Shown: positions 25,470-38,270 of the stretch, piece by piece
Numbering within the stretch: position 1 is the stretch's first letter
Layout: every line of letters begins with the position of its first letter
NCBI RefSeq assembly: GCF_018350175.1
Contig: NC_058368.1
Location: 227,542,001 to 227,606,000, forward strand
Source of the DNA: Felis catus
Lineage: Eukaryota
Direction: 5' to 3'
Length of the DNA: 64,000 nt
Notes under the pieces: generated by a model
Told to the model about the DNA's origin: nothing
Databases searched by the model: none
What the model saw: only the letters and a program-made list of their open reading frames with translations
Position numbers and translations under genes: made by a program

Positions 25470-25600
25470 GGCTAAGTTAATTCCTCTATGCCTCCACTTT
25501 CTCATCATCAAATGGGATGACAATGGGGGCACTGGGGTACATCTTGAGGACTAACTGTAGAGAAGAGCAGCACAGTGCCTGGCACACCGTAAGCCCTCAA
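25470..25600 (+). mobile_element. MIR fragment
   Basis: cctccactttctcatcatcaaatggg ... cacagtgcctggcacaccgtaagccctcaa resembles the MIR core and 3' end. Confidence 0.65.
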
Positions 25601-25637
25601 CACATCCCCTCCGCTACAGGGCTCCAACAGTACCCTT

Positions 25638-26034
25638 TGCTATGGGCTGACTGGCCCCCCCCGCCCCCAAATCCGTATGTTGAAGTCTTAACCCACAGTT
25701 CCTAGGAATGTAACCACAGGTGGAGACTGGGCCTTTAAAGAGGTGACTGGGTTAAAATGAAGCTGTTAGGGTGGGTCCTAATCTGACTGGAGTCCTTATA
25801 AGAACAGGAACTTTAAACACACACAGAGGCACCAGGGACGCACACACAGGAGGACCATGTGAGGACACGGCAAGAAGATGGCCGTCTGCAAGCCAGTGAG
25901 GGAGGCCTTAAGGAAACCGACCCTGCTGGTGCTGTCGCCTTGCAATTCCAGCTTCCAGAACTATGAAAAAATAAATTGCTGTTGTTGAAGCCATGCAGTC
26001 TGTGGTATTTTGGTAACCAGAGCTGACTAATACA
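25638..26034 (+). mobile_element. ERVL-MaLR solo LTR (MLT1A-like)
   Basis: TG...CA termini (tgctatgggctga ... gactaataca), internal aataaa, typical MLT1 motifs. Near-perfect 5-bp TSD ccctt/cccct. Confidence 0.85.
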
Positions 26035-29000
26035 CCCCTCCTCCCTTGTCTGGTAACAATCTGCTCCATAACCCAGGGCTGGAATCGTCTGATTATTCCT
26101 GAGACAGGAGGAAACTAATCTCTAAGAACAGCACATCAGTATTCCTTCCTTCTAGTAGATTCAAAGCTCTACAGACTCAGGAAAAGGGGTGGGAAAGGAA
26201 AAGATGCAAGGGGACGCACAGGGCTACATTACCATTAAAAATAATACAGAATTCCAGAGCTGCCTTGCAAATCAGCCAAGGCAAATGAGACTGTTTAAAG
26301 CCCTCTTAAATCTTTGAAAGGGTCTCTCAAATAATAAATACGTTGGGTCCCCTCCTGTCCTGAGCGTGACTAGAAAAGTTGTGGGAAAATGATGACCCCC
26401 TGGAATTGTCAGCCTTATGGAATTACCAAGCTGTCCAAAGCAATCCTGTCCCTGCTGGTCAGACTACACTAAAACGCTCTCAACGGCTCAGACACTAAAG
26501 CAACTTGGAAGATTCCAGGATTGCCCTGCTCTGGTCCACACAGAACACCAGGAAGGGTCCTTCTTCCAGACAGAGCTGGCTGTGGGGGCGACAGTTGAAA
26601 GGTCAGCCTCCTTAACTGACTGACCTCCAGCCCTGCACAGCCCAGTTCTGTCCCCTCCAAAACCCTCCTGTAGTGTCAATAAAGAAGGAAGCAACTTTTA
26701 GGTTGGGGAGGTATTTAAAAACAGTATTTTTCAAAATTCATTGTGAAAGGTTAATGATAAACTGAATCCTTCAGAAAGTGCAGAGAACATACGGAGACTT
26801 GAAAGCCCCTTATAAAACCCAGAGACAGCGCCATTTCAGGAATGTGTTTCTCAGAGGTGATGGTGTGATTTGGACTCCTGAGTGGCTCTGCACAAATGGG
26901 AGGCAAGACAGAGGCACTACAAACAGCTGTTGATTCTCTGGAAGCTTCTACCACCACTTAACACTTAGTGGCAAACTCCTAATTGGCACCCTTTCGACTC
27001 AATCTGGAATAAAAGCAGGTACTGGTGAAATATTACTTATAGTAATATCCCATAGTATGCTCCTGCATGGAGTCCTGTGGAATATGGCCATCAAAATCTC
27101 ACCTCGCTCAAGTCACACAGAAACTTGTGATTTAATTTATATGAATGACTTTAAAGAGAACCCTTATTCAAAGGTTCCCCCCCCCACCCCCTTAAGTGGG
27201 TAAAATGAAATGAGAGAACTCAAGGGGTTTGGTACAGATCACATTTTCATGACTCCTATTGAAATTAAAAAATATATAAAACAAAATGTCGTTATATAGC
27301 ACCTCTATGATGTAGTTATTTTTGTGATGTAGTTAATTTATGATTCAGGTGATTCTTCTTCAAAAGTCTGCTTCCATGAGTGCATTTACCCTTCAACCCG
27401 TGCACTGGACTTTGAGAATTCCGCCTCACAGTAAACCTGTGCAGGGAGTGGGGTGATGCTCCGCTAGTGTGCCTGTGACAGCAGGGGACTGCCAACCACA
27501 TGGCATGGCCCACGTGCACCCCCGAGGGACGCACCAGGTCCAACACAACTGTCAGAAGGAACGAGGTTATGCTGTTTCTAAAAGAAGACATGACCGACTG
27601 AAAGAGGCCAAAATATGCTACCTTTCCCGTAAGAAAACGGAGGCAAGAATATGTGAATGTCTGTACTTGCTACACAAAATACCAGAAGGAGGAGGAAGAA
27701 ATGAATAAAATGGTCATTCTTACTCCTTACACAGCCGATGGGACTGGGAGTAAGACTTCTCAGTTTACACCTTTTCGCGATTTAATTTTTGGTGCGAAAT
27801 GCAAAACGTCTACAAGTAAGGTTTAAAATCTGGCTTTTTCTTCTATTGTTTAGAATGGAAGTTCTGAACGTGGGGTTGCTGGAATTGCATGCAAGTTGTA
27901 CAGCCATGTTCATTTTCCTGGGAACAGGCACCAGAGCTCTCCTCACGCACTTGTGCTTCCGAACCTGTCGGGGCCCACTTCCCCAGAATCAGCTGGAATT
28001 CCTGAAGGTATTTTCCCTTCTCCTTGCAGGGGCAGCTCGACTTTAAGGATTTACGGTCAAATCTACCAAAATTCTCACCATTCATGGGAAAGTTAGTGCT
28101 GGGAACATAATTACAAAGTCATCTCATGCTTCTCTGAACAGAAGGAACAGAGAGGCAAAAGCCAAAATACACTTGGGTTTGGCTGGCACACACTTCCTAG
28201 GTGCTATTTTATCAGGTGTTCTCAGAGCCAGGAGCTACTAAATAAATCGTGGAGACACGCGCAAAGTTAGTCTGACCGAAATACTGTTGTTTCCCACTGT
28301 GGACAGCATCTATTCGCGTTCAAAACACTACTGAAAACCAGCACACTGTACTCTTACACAATTTCTTACCAAACACATCATCTCTGTAATTTCCCCCAGC
28401 TCCTGCAGACCCTAATGAGAGTGAATACATTTAGAAGAGAAATCCCAGTTTGTCTAATAAATTGCAATGTTTGAAATGCACAAATGTCAGAGAGGAGGCA
28501 GCTGGAAACTGCGGTCCAGAGAGAAGCGGGAAGCAGACGCTGCCTTGCACCTGCAGCCACACCCCCCAGCCTGTGCATCATGCTGAGGAGAGCGGCCTCC
28601 GACGGTCCCTGGTGATCCCTTCTCCCCTGATTAGGTTTCTTTCCCTAAACACTGTGCCGTGGCCATTTAAAGCAAGTGTGGGAAGACGGTTTTCTCATTG
28701 TTTATGACTGTGCTATGTATATAATTTTGTGATCATCTTAATATGGACACTGTCAATACCTGCTCATGGTTTTTTCCTGTTTTAATAAACACTTTAATGT
28801 AAAGTTGGAACATGAAAATACCTCCAACATGAAGCATTCAGAGAGTAATGGCCCACTTGTGAGGCTCCATAATTACATGCTGCACAGAACACAGTCCTTA
28901 ATCACAGGTCTTGGACGGATCACCCCGTTGTGGCTGCAGGGGGCTCAGAAGAGGGACCACTCTTTGTTCTTGGTGTGGTTCCTCTTCCCACAGGGATTTA

Positions 29001-31059
29001 CATTAGCAGCTGTTCTGACTGACTAAAATCTGCTCTTTTCCAAGCTAATTTTTTTGAAAAAGTATATATGCCTTCCATTATATATTTTTTAAAAGAGTAT
29101 GTGGGCAGGTATAGGTTTGAAATGCATATGCCTGGGGTGTGTTTTCTGATTAACAGTGGCAATCTGGCATTAAGTAGATGTCTAAATACACCAAAACCAC
29201 AATAGAGTCAACCACATTTTTTAACAGCACTAATGCCTTTTCGAGGTCCTGTTTTTTGAAAACTTACGAGGTCATTTAAAAGTCACTAAGCAGTTATAAG
29301 AGGTAGGAGGCTGATTCCCCTTTGGGGCCGAGTGTTTCACGATTTGGGAAACTCACGTGTGAGTTGAACACAATTAAACCGATCATCCCCAGTATCCTGG
29401 GGGAGATGCAAGAGGCCTCCCTCCTCGGGCAGGGGAGCTCTGTTCTTGGTCACAGAGATTTCTAGAGAAGCACCTCAGTCTCGCAGAGCTGCCGTTTCTC
29501 TGGGTGGTGGTCGGGGCGGGGTTGAGGGCGGGGATGGAGAGCACAGGACGAGGCCACGGCTCCTGTGAGCACAGGACACGATGTCCGTCTGTCAGCTGCC
29601 CCGTACTAGGCTGATGCAGTGCTGGGAGCCCGGAAAGCGGTTTGGACAGGGGTGAGGAATCTTAGTATCTGCTTGTATTCTGAGGAGGGAAACAGCCTCC
29701 ACATACCCTAGGAGTTCAGGGCCAGCAGACGACAGGCACAGGCTGGGAGTGCGGGCAGGAGAGGGCGGGGAGTCCCTGGGAGAGGACACGCCTGGTAGCT
29801 TTTCGAGTCCTTCCCTTCCACTACCTGCAAACCTCTAGAAAGGTCCTGTCACCTGGTCTCATTTCCATAAAAGGGGACCAAGGGACATGAGAGCTGAGAC
29901 GATGGAAGAGACTTGGCCTCCTCCCAAAGCTGGGGAGGGGGTGGTGGTGGTGGGGCGGCCACAGACAGACAAAGCCAACAGCTCACAGGGCCCAGATGCT
30001 GAGGCGGGGAGGCTGAAGACAGGGCCCAGGGGAGGGGATGGCCCCGGAGGGGGGACAGGGGGCTCACGTGCACTGCATTTTGGGCCTCAAGGGAAACACG
30101 TATTAATTTTACATATAGCGGTTGTGGTCAGGGGTTCCCCGAGAATCATACATGGAGCTCTGACCTCCAGGCATGCCCATGTCTCTCGACCTTGAGGAAT
30201 GGCCCCATGGTCACAGGAAACATATCCATGCAAAGTGTGAATCTTTAACGTAAAGGACATAAAACAGAAAGGAACTGGATGCTCATCCCGCATGCAGACC
30301 CCTGCTGAGACAGCAGCCCAGCAGAACCCGCCCCCTTTCCGGGCCTCAGCGCAAAGCTCCCCTGGGTGCGCCACGATCCGGCCCCTTCTCTCCGTTCTCA
30401 CTCACTCTCAGTGCCAAGAAGAGGTTCTCTGCCTCCCTCATCAGTCTTGTTGTTTACAACCTATGTTGTCTGTACCTCCTCAATCACATTTGTAAGTATG
30501 GCACCATGTCTGTGCCCAATGCTTGTACTGAAATCTGTTTTAAAGCATTTTCATTGATTTTCTACGTGTTTCCTCGTGGGTCTTCAGTCCAAGTTCATCT
30601 CCTCGGGACCTTCTCAGGTTAGCCTTTGTGCTGTAACACTTGTTAACTGCATCAAGATTTATTCTGTTCTCCCCTCACCTCCACAGACTCACTGGATAAA
30701 TTTATTTTTTTCCTTTAAGATTTTTCATTTACTTGGTAAGAAGAGGCAGAGAATGTCAGGAAGGGGCGAGGGATTAAGACAAACCCCTCCTGTTACCTGA
30801 CATACCACACTAGGGGGAGAGAGGGCAGGTACACACGTGGGGGGGTGTGTGTGTGTGCATGCGCACACATGTGTGCGAGGCGCAAGGCCCTGTAGGACAC
30901 AGCAGGAGGCTGGGAGCGACAGCAAGTCACTGAAGAAACTTGAGGAGTGTAGCATGAGGGGGTCTGCGTTTCGCTGCAGTAAGACAGGCGTGAGCACTGG
31001 CACCGGGAGGTCTGCGGGCCAGCGTCAGTGGTGGCACTGAGGAAGGGACGGTGTGCCTG

Positions 31060-31600
31060 AAACGCATGACTCAGGTCAAGGTAACCACGTGTGGTGGCAA
31101 GCTCAGGAAACTTGAAACATTATCACAGGACTCCGTAGCTCCACTTCTGGGTACACTCCCCAAAGCACTGAAAGCAAGGACTTGAGAGATCTGAATGCTC
31201 CTGGTCACTGGCATCACTCACGATGACCGGAAGCTGGAAGTAGCCCCAGGGTCCACCAGCGGGTAGGGGGAGAAACAGACGTGGTCTCCACACACAATGC
31301 AACACTATTCAGCCTCAGAGCAGAGGGGCATTCTGACATACACAACAATAGGGGTGAACTTAAGGGTGAAATAAGCCAGTGACAAAAGGAGAAGTACTGT
31401 CATAGACAGTAGACATAGACACAGGAAGCAGAACCGGGCGGCCCGGGGCCGGGGAATGGGAGGATGGAGAGAGCCGTGGACGGGCTGTGGTAATGGGACA
31501 CGGCAATGGGAATGAACTCAATGCCCCTGAAGCGAACACTTCAAAAGGGTTACGACGGTAACTTTTACGTTATGTGTATTGTACCACGTAGAAAAATAAT
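31060..31600 (+). mobile_element. Old L1 3' end (L1MB-like)
   Basis: ccacttctgggtacactccccaaag ... ggtaacttttacgttatgtgtattgtaccac resembles an L1MB 3' terminus. Boundaries approximate. Confidence 0.75.
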
Positions 31601-32431
31601 GTGCGTCACCACCAGCTCTGGGTTCTGGCACCTGTCACGTGCCCCCCGCATGGCTGGGTGACAGCTGGGTTACCCCCTGAACCTACAGCGAAACTCTCAA
31701 GCACGATCGTTTGGGTTGTGAAGAAACGGAAAAACCGAACCACTCCGTCTAGAGCAGCATAAAAACGGGGATGTTTTCAACTGGCCTCATCAGAAAAAAC
31801 GAACATTTCTGATATTCCTGTTTACTTTCTATGATCAAGACTAAGTAAATGAATGCAGAAAAGTGACAAGTTTTACAAGTTTGGGCAGAAGGAAAGAAAA
31901 TCCCTTGGATTTATGAAGAGATTAAAGATGATTACACGGCACCTATTTCGGCAGTAAATCCATACGCGTCACCCAGGGGAGGGTGGGAGGCCGGTGCCCG
32001 CCAGGCCGGGCGCCACATCAGACTCGCTGGGGGCGGTGTCCGCGTCCAGGCCCTGAGCCCAGAGGTTCTGATGGAACAGTGACGGTGTAAACCGCCAACA
32101 CAAACCAGACTGGATGAGCACGAGGCGTTGCTGAGTCCTTATTCTGCCTCAGCGTGTGGGGTATCTGCTGAGCCAGTGTCACCGACGCTGTGAAGAAGGC
32201 AGACTGGGCCACCAGAGCAAAACAGGATTGACACTCGGTCACCAATGCCACCGGTCTACCAAGTGCGCTCTGCCAGCAACCTGCCTGTGTGGGACTCCCC
32301 CACAAAATGGAAAGCATTTCTCAACCGAAGAACGTTCACCCTGGAACGTCCGCACCCTGTTTCAGATGCGAAACTATCTCCTTGGAAAACAAACTGAGCA
32401 ATTACGTTTCTTGTTCACTTAAAATAAGTTA

Positions 32432-32436
<5 letters not shown>

Positions 32437-32477
<41 letters not shown>

Positions 32478-32685
32478 TGTGTGCGCGTGTATACACATAC
32501 ATATTTTATATTTATTTTTGAGAGAGCGCAAGTGGGGGAGGGGCAGAGAGAGGGAGACAGAGGATCCGAAGCAGGCTCTGTGCTGACAGCAGTGAGCTCG
32601 ATGTGGGGCTCGAACTCATGAATCATGAGATCACGACCTGAGCCGAAGTCGGACACTCAATTGACTGAGCCACCCAGGCGCCCCC
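32437..32685 (-). mobile_element. Felid CAN-SINE whose tail contains a (TG)n(CG)n microsatellite
   Basis: SINE body at ~32503-32685. Near-TSD aaaataagttatgttt (32421) / aagataagttacattt (32686) encloses the microsatellite. Confidence 0.9.
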
Positions 32686-34904
32686 AAGATAAGTTACATT
32701 TCTGATATCTCCCTACATTGCTCAAGTTTACAGAAAATAAAAGCACTTCCAGTCCTCGCGGTGCTTGAAAACCGCTGAGTGAGCACACGCAGTGCTCACA
32801 GTGAGTCCTGGGCCCTCCTTGGATGAGGTGTCTATACTCACATTCACACTGCAGCGTTTAAAGTATCATTCGCAACCAAATAAACAGACATCTGACCTTA
32901 ACAGGCACGACTTTTACATCTGAAATGTTCGGAAATCTAAGTTGTTTGGACTAGGGAGTTATTAGATAAATTACTGAAGCAGTAAAGCTGAGATAATTTT
33001 GGAATCAGAAATTAGTAAACGTGCCTCCTCTCCTGCCTGGAAGGTCAGAGCAGTGAATGATGGAAGGTGTTTAAGAAACTATCTGGCGACTAGAGACAGA
33101 CACTTGACGACAGCTCCCTAACTTTCAGGAGTCTGGAAGAACGTGGAAGGCGAGACAACCTGCTTTCTTGTCAGGAGGAGACATGCCAGTGACAAGCAGC
33201 GAGTTCTCAGAGAGCAGGGGCCACACGTAAGTCCTCACTGCAGCATTCTTCAAGCCCAGCCCGGGGCCCAACAGTAGATGTCGGGTAGCAGACGTATGTG
33301 TGCAAAAGGGCGAAGGGCCGAGCACACCCCAACGTGCAAGCGATCACGGTGGCACACCCACCTTCCCACCACGTAAGAGCAAGAAGGGTTGGGGGCTGAG
33401 CGGAAGCAAATCAAGATCTCCCGTTTCCCCAGGTGGCAGCGGCTTCTTGTCCCGCAAGTCTCTGTGTCTTTTTATTTGGACTTCGTTCCCAGATCCTCAT
33501 CTATTTGAGGAAGGCCCCTTCTCCTAGGTGGAGACCCCGGTCACTATGGCCAGATTTCCTGGACTTGAACAGGGACAGGATGCTCTGGCAGAGGCCTGTC
33601 ACAGAGCCCAGAGGAAGATTTACTTTCCCTGAATCTAATCTATTGCCCGTTGCCCCAGTCCTAACATAGCAAGTGAGCAATCTTAAGAGTGTCCTTGCAT
33701 TATAGGAAAAATACAAATGCAGGAAAAATGTTAAAAATGGGTAAGGTTTCTGAGCTCCCATCTACTGGACGAGCTGTTAGTTCACAACGGGTTTTACTGA
33801 ATGAAGCAACATCTTCTTGTTCAACAAAGAGCGTGACAGGGTTTCTGAGGGGCAAGGAGGAACTTCTCAGGGGCTAGAGCGTCACAGAATAGGGGAGACA
33901 AAAGCCCCAGCCAACAAACTGGTACTTGATTCTAAAAACCAGCAAAAACCCAACCTCTGTAACAACTCTTCAGGACAAAGTCAAGTGCGATAAATACACA
34001 GTTCTTTCTTCTTGGCTAGCCTGCAATTGTGAACACTGGGAAGCAAAGAACACTCCACGGGAAAGGCACATATAAAAAGAAATCTTTCAGAACGAGTTTT
34101 ATTTGTAGCTGGAGTTCACCAGGGCTCCTCTGTATAATCAACTCAAGGGGAAAAGTTGTACTTTATTTTCAAGTCAAACTCAGGGACTTAAATATATGAT
34201 GTAACTTTGGAAACCCCATGGCAACGGGCTAACCCAGCACAGACCCCCCCCCCCCCCGCCACTGGCACTCGAGTGCCACACGAGGGGGAGTCCAGCGCTG
34301 GTCTAAACTCATGGGCAGCTTTGCCAGGAACGAGAGCGGACACCTTGGCCTTTGGCCAAAATCTGAAAATTCTCCTTCTGTTTGGATCCCTGAAGGAATG
34401 ATAGCTCAATTCTTCTAGTTTCTTACTGGGGTGACAATCAGGCCACTGTTAGGCCCTGAGGGATCTGGAACACGGTTGTGCCTACAATTAACAAGGTGAG
34501 CTAATCAATCAGTAGCTGTGTCCTGTGCAGTCTCATTGAGCTCAACGCAATGAGTGAAATGTACCTCTGCAGCCAGAAGATGGTCCTCAAGACATGTCAT
34601 GAAAAATGCAAAGCGGGCACAGATAACAAATGGAGGGAGTGACCAGAATATTCCAAAATTAATAGAAAAAGAACTAGAATATGGCAGAGTATAGGGTTGT
34701 TCTCTCAGGAAGAGAAAACAAATTGCATATCCCCAGATCTGCAAGAATCTGCCATTTGCCAGTACTTCAGAGAAATGAAGACTGACGTAATATGGTTCAA
34801 AGCAGGTGAACTCTACACATTCTACACTTTTCTAGAAGCTATAAATGACCAGTGTTTCTCAAAAGGGCTTGAAGTCTCAAGTGAGCTTTTCACTGAGATG
34901 AAAC

Positions 34905-35210
34905 CAGCACTGTCCAAAAGAAACATAGCGCAAGCTGCACACGCAATGTATAAAAATTTTTAGTAGCTACGATTTTAAAAAGTAAAAGGAAATAGGAAAT
35001 TAAATTAACCATAATAAAACTTTATTTAACTCACTCTATAAAATATATTACCATTTCAACCTATAACGACTATAAAGTAATTACACTTTTTTTTTTTTTT
35101 CATATGAGGTCTTGAAATCGAGCATGTATTTTGTACCTGCAGGACAGCTCAGTTCAGACTGGCCACACTTGAAGTGCTCAGTAGCTCCAAACCTGGACAT
35201 TTGGGACAAA
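34905..35210 (+). mobile_element. MER33-like hAT-Charlie DNA transposon relic
   Basis: cagcactgtccaaaagaaa ... tttttagtagctac ... gactggccacacttgaagtgctcagtagc matches the recalled MER33 consensus. Orientation is nominal. Confidence 0.8.
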
Positions 35211-35929
35211 CATGCTCGCATACTGTCACTAGGAGCCCATTACTGACCCATCCAGACACACATGGAGAAACAGTCTTGCCATGGTTACCTTTAAATAGAG
35301 GAATCACCAAGGAATGCCAAACGCTGCTTGGTTCAAATGCCCTGTCATTTCAGGGGAAAAGTGCATCTTTCAAAAGCCCCTCCTGCCACAGTCACAGCAC
35401 AGCCACGGCCCTGCCCACCCGCACCCTCTCCCTCGCAGCCCAGCTCCGTTCCCACTCTGCATGGCGAGCCTGGGCAGTCTGGGATGTTCGGAGATACTTC
35501 ACAAGGTAGCAAGGAGGCCTGGCTACACTCAGGGCCTGCATGCTTGCTTTTCTGGGATTTCACGGTAACAAAACAAAGAAAGCACATTGTGAAAACATGA
35601 TCAAGGAGACGCTGAATATGGTCCCACCTTCCCTACCTGCTTTCATCACCTGGAGAGGACCCGCACCTTCCGTGTTCTCAATTTATGAACGACACTGGCC
35701 CCAGAAGAAGAGCCCTCTCTCTCTCTCTCTCCAAACTGATACCATTTTGGTCTGAGTAACAGGTGAAATCCTCACGTCCACTCCAGCTCTTGATGGATTA
35801 GAAAAGCCCAGAGACACAGTGATAATGGAGGGAAGCACGAGTGATGAGGAGAGACCATACCCCTCACCAGGCTGCAAAGAAGCAGGGGCAGAAGCTGGGC
35901 ACGAGCCAGCCGTGCCTCACGATCCCTAC

Positions 35930-36173
35930 CTTTGTGGTTGAAGATGCCCTCCATCTCCATGCTGCTTCTAGAGTGGGCGATGCACAGAGAGCCGCAGGGG
36001 ACCAGGCCTTCCGCGGCGGGGGACCGGTCGGTGGTCCGCACCAGACACCAGTCAGGCTTGTCGTGGGGCCGCTCCAACACTTCCACGGTCTGGCCACGGC
36101 GGATGGTCAGCTCCGTGCTGTTGCAGGCGGTGAAGTCGTGGATGACCACCGTCAGCTCGCAGCCGCCAGAGAG
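35930..36173 (-). CDS. TRIO: TRIO coding exon (~exon 34), first SH3 domain: LSGGCELTVVIHDFTACNSTELTIRRGQTVEVLERPHDKPDWCLVRTTDRSPAAEGLVPCGSLCIAHSRSSMEMEGIFNHK(D)
   Basis: Inside ORF 35772..36368(-). 244 nt, phase 0/1, acceptor ccag|CTC, donor AAG|gtaggg. SH3 signature DF...ELT...W...GLVP is present. Confidence 0.98.
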
Positions 36174-37099
36174 CTGGGGGGGGGGGGGGAGGGAGAGGGA
36201 CACGTCAGTGAGCTCCCACCACCGCAGCCCCTGCGGGCGAGGCTGAGCTGGGCCAGCAAGAGCCGGGGGCTGGGGCAGTGACTGGCCACCACCTGAGTGG
36301 GGGCTCTCCGGTTGCACTGCCCCTTCGCTTCCCTCTGGAATTACGGGGGCAGTTATTTGCTTTTCCATGTTTTACTGTATGGCTATGATTTTTGAGGGTT
36401 TCACTGTTAGAATCCGATACAATTTTCCATATGAGCGTCCCTATCTTTTTGTGCCTGAGACATCATTATCTCCCTGCTCAAAATGTGCTATATAATCCTT
36501 TTTAAACATAGGGCAAACTAGTAAAAACTGAAGGCTGCTTGGGGGATCACTGCATCATACGGTGACAACATGATACTTTTACTTGAAGTTTCAGTTCCCA
36601 CTTGGTGTTTGAGCCAGGCTATTAGTGTGAGGCTCTCTGGCACCACTTGGTTGAAAAAGGGAGCAGCCGCGCAGCAGGGAGACCGAAGGGGCCATGAGAT
36701 CCCTACATATGGGCAGTGCATGCCTTATTCTCTCTTCCAGTCCCTCCAAGAGCTCCTCTCCACCCCCCCACCCCCCAGGATACCTCTTAGCGGGCACTCC
36801 CGCCGGGTCCTTCCCAAGCCCTCTTCCCATGCCGTGTTTTAGCATGCCATTCCGTATGCTCTGTGGACGCTGGCTTACTTCCCTATGCTATGTGCTTTCT
36901 GGTCTGAGGCTCCTTTCCGTACCTCTCCCCTCCCACTAAGCTCACTCCCATTTTCTGTAAATTAGAACTCAACTAATTCTTAGGCCCTTTGAAGCACATT
37001 CACGAACTCCAGAAAGATACAGTGCCGTGATCACTATTTGCCTGTGGCCTGTGTCCCATTTGTCTGCCCCTTACACTGTTCATGCCCCGGGGACAGCAT

Positions 37100-37102
<3 letters not shown>

Positions 37103-37152
<50 letters not shown>

Positions 37153-37196
37153 TATGTGTGTATACACACATATATATATATATGTATATATATGTG

Positions 37197-37229
<33 letters not shown>
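37103..37229. repeat. Compound (TA)n/(TG)n/(CA)n microsatellite
   Basis: Read directly from the sequence. Confidence 0.95.
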
Positions 37230-37231
<2 letters not shown>

Positions 37232-37479
37232 ATTAACATCCCTCCTACACAACAACCTTGTCACCCGCTCCCCATCTTTGGACTGTCTTGCTGGCCCCTC
37301 ACTCCAGGTCGCCCCAGGAGGTTCCAGCTCTGCTGCGTGTCCACCATCCCCCCGTGCGGCTCCGTAACCACACTCTCTGTGCCCATCACTCCCCAAGCAG
37401 ACATCCCAGATAGCAGCTAAAGAGGACTCTCGTCACTGTTTCGGGCATTTCCCTCCAAAGCAGTGAGTCTAGGACGTGA

Positions 37480-38045
37480 CTCATTACCCACCTCCCCGAT
37501 CTGTTTCTCTTCCAATGCTGCCTTTTGGATAATGGTTTCACCATCAAGTCACCCGAGCTAAAAACTCTCTCTCCAAACGCTATCAAATAAACTTAAGGCC
37601 ATGTCTCGGATTACTTCCTTCCTCTGCCCATCCGTGCCATGCTTCATTTGGATTTTGCGGTGACCTCCTGGTGGCCTCCCTAACTTCAGGCTCACCTTCC
37701 AAGCCATCTGAACGCTGCTGGCAGCTGCCTTTTTGAAATGCAGAGCCTCCCATTCAAGTACCTGAGACACGAGGAGTTCCTTCGTGTGGGATTCAAAGCC
37801 CCAAGCCCCCACAGCCAGGTCCCGCCCACCCTGCCGCTTGTCCTCATGTGCTTCACAGCCTGGAGCGTGTCTTCCTTGAGGTGGTCCTGCCCTGCACTGT
37901 GTCCATGAGACCCGTCTGCTCAGAACCCCCATGTCCCCACTCTATTCCAGGCCCCTGTCAAAGCCCTCTGAGAAGTTGCTCCTGCACCTGTCTTAGGTTT
38001 TTAAATAAATCGTGTCTCAATTCTGAAATGAGCCACGTCTTGGGT

Positions 38046-38098
<53 letters not shown>

Positions 38099-38270
38099 GT
38101 CTGAGCGCATGCACGTGCCCTTAGCACCAGCAAGCGGGTTTGTTATTTCTCTGTGAACTTTCCATGCCTGGTCCGTGAGGGGAGAGATGGGGCCCGTCTC
38201 CGTCATCCCCGAGTTCCAGTGCCAACAATGGCAGGTACTGGGATCATACGAAGAGGTTGCTGAATAGCCT
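37480..38270 (+). mobile_element. L2 3' region relic, interrupted by (TG)n
   Basis: Pyrimidine-rich L2-like motifs ending ...gttgctgaata. Highly diverged. Confidence 0.45.
38050..38099. repeat. (TG)n microsatellite
   Basis: Read directly from the sequence. Confidence 0.95.
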
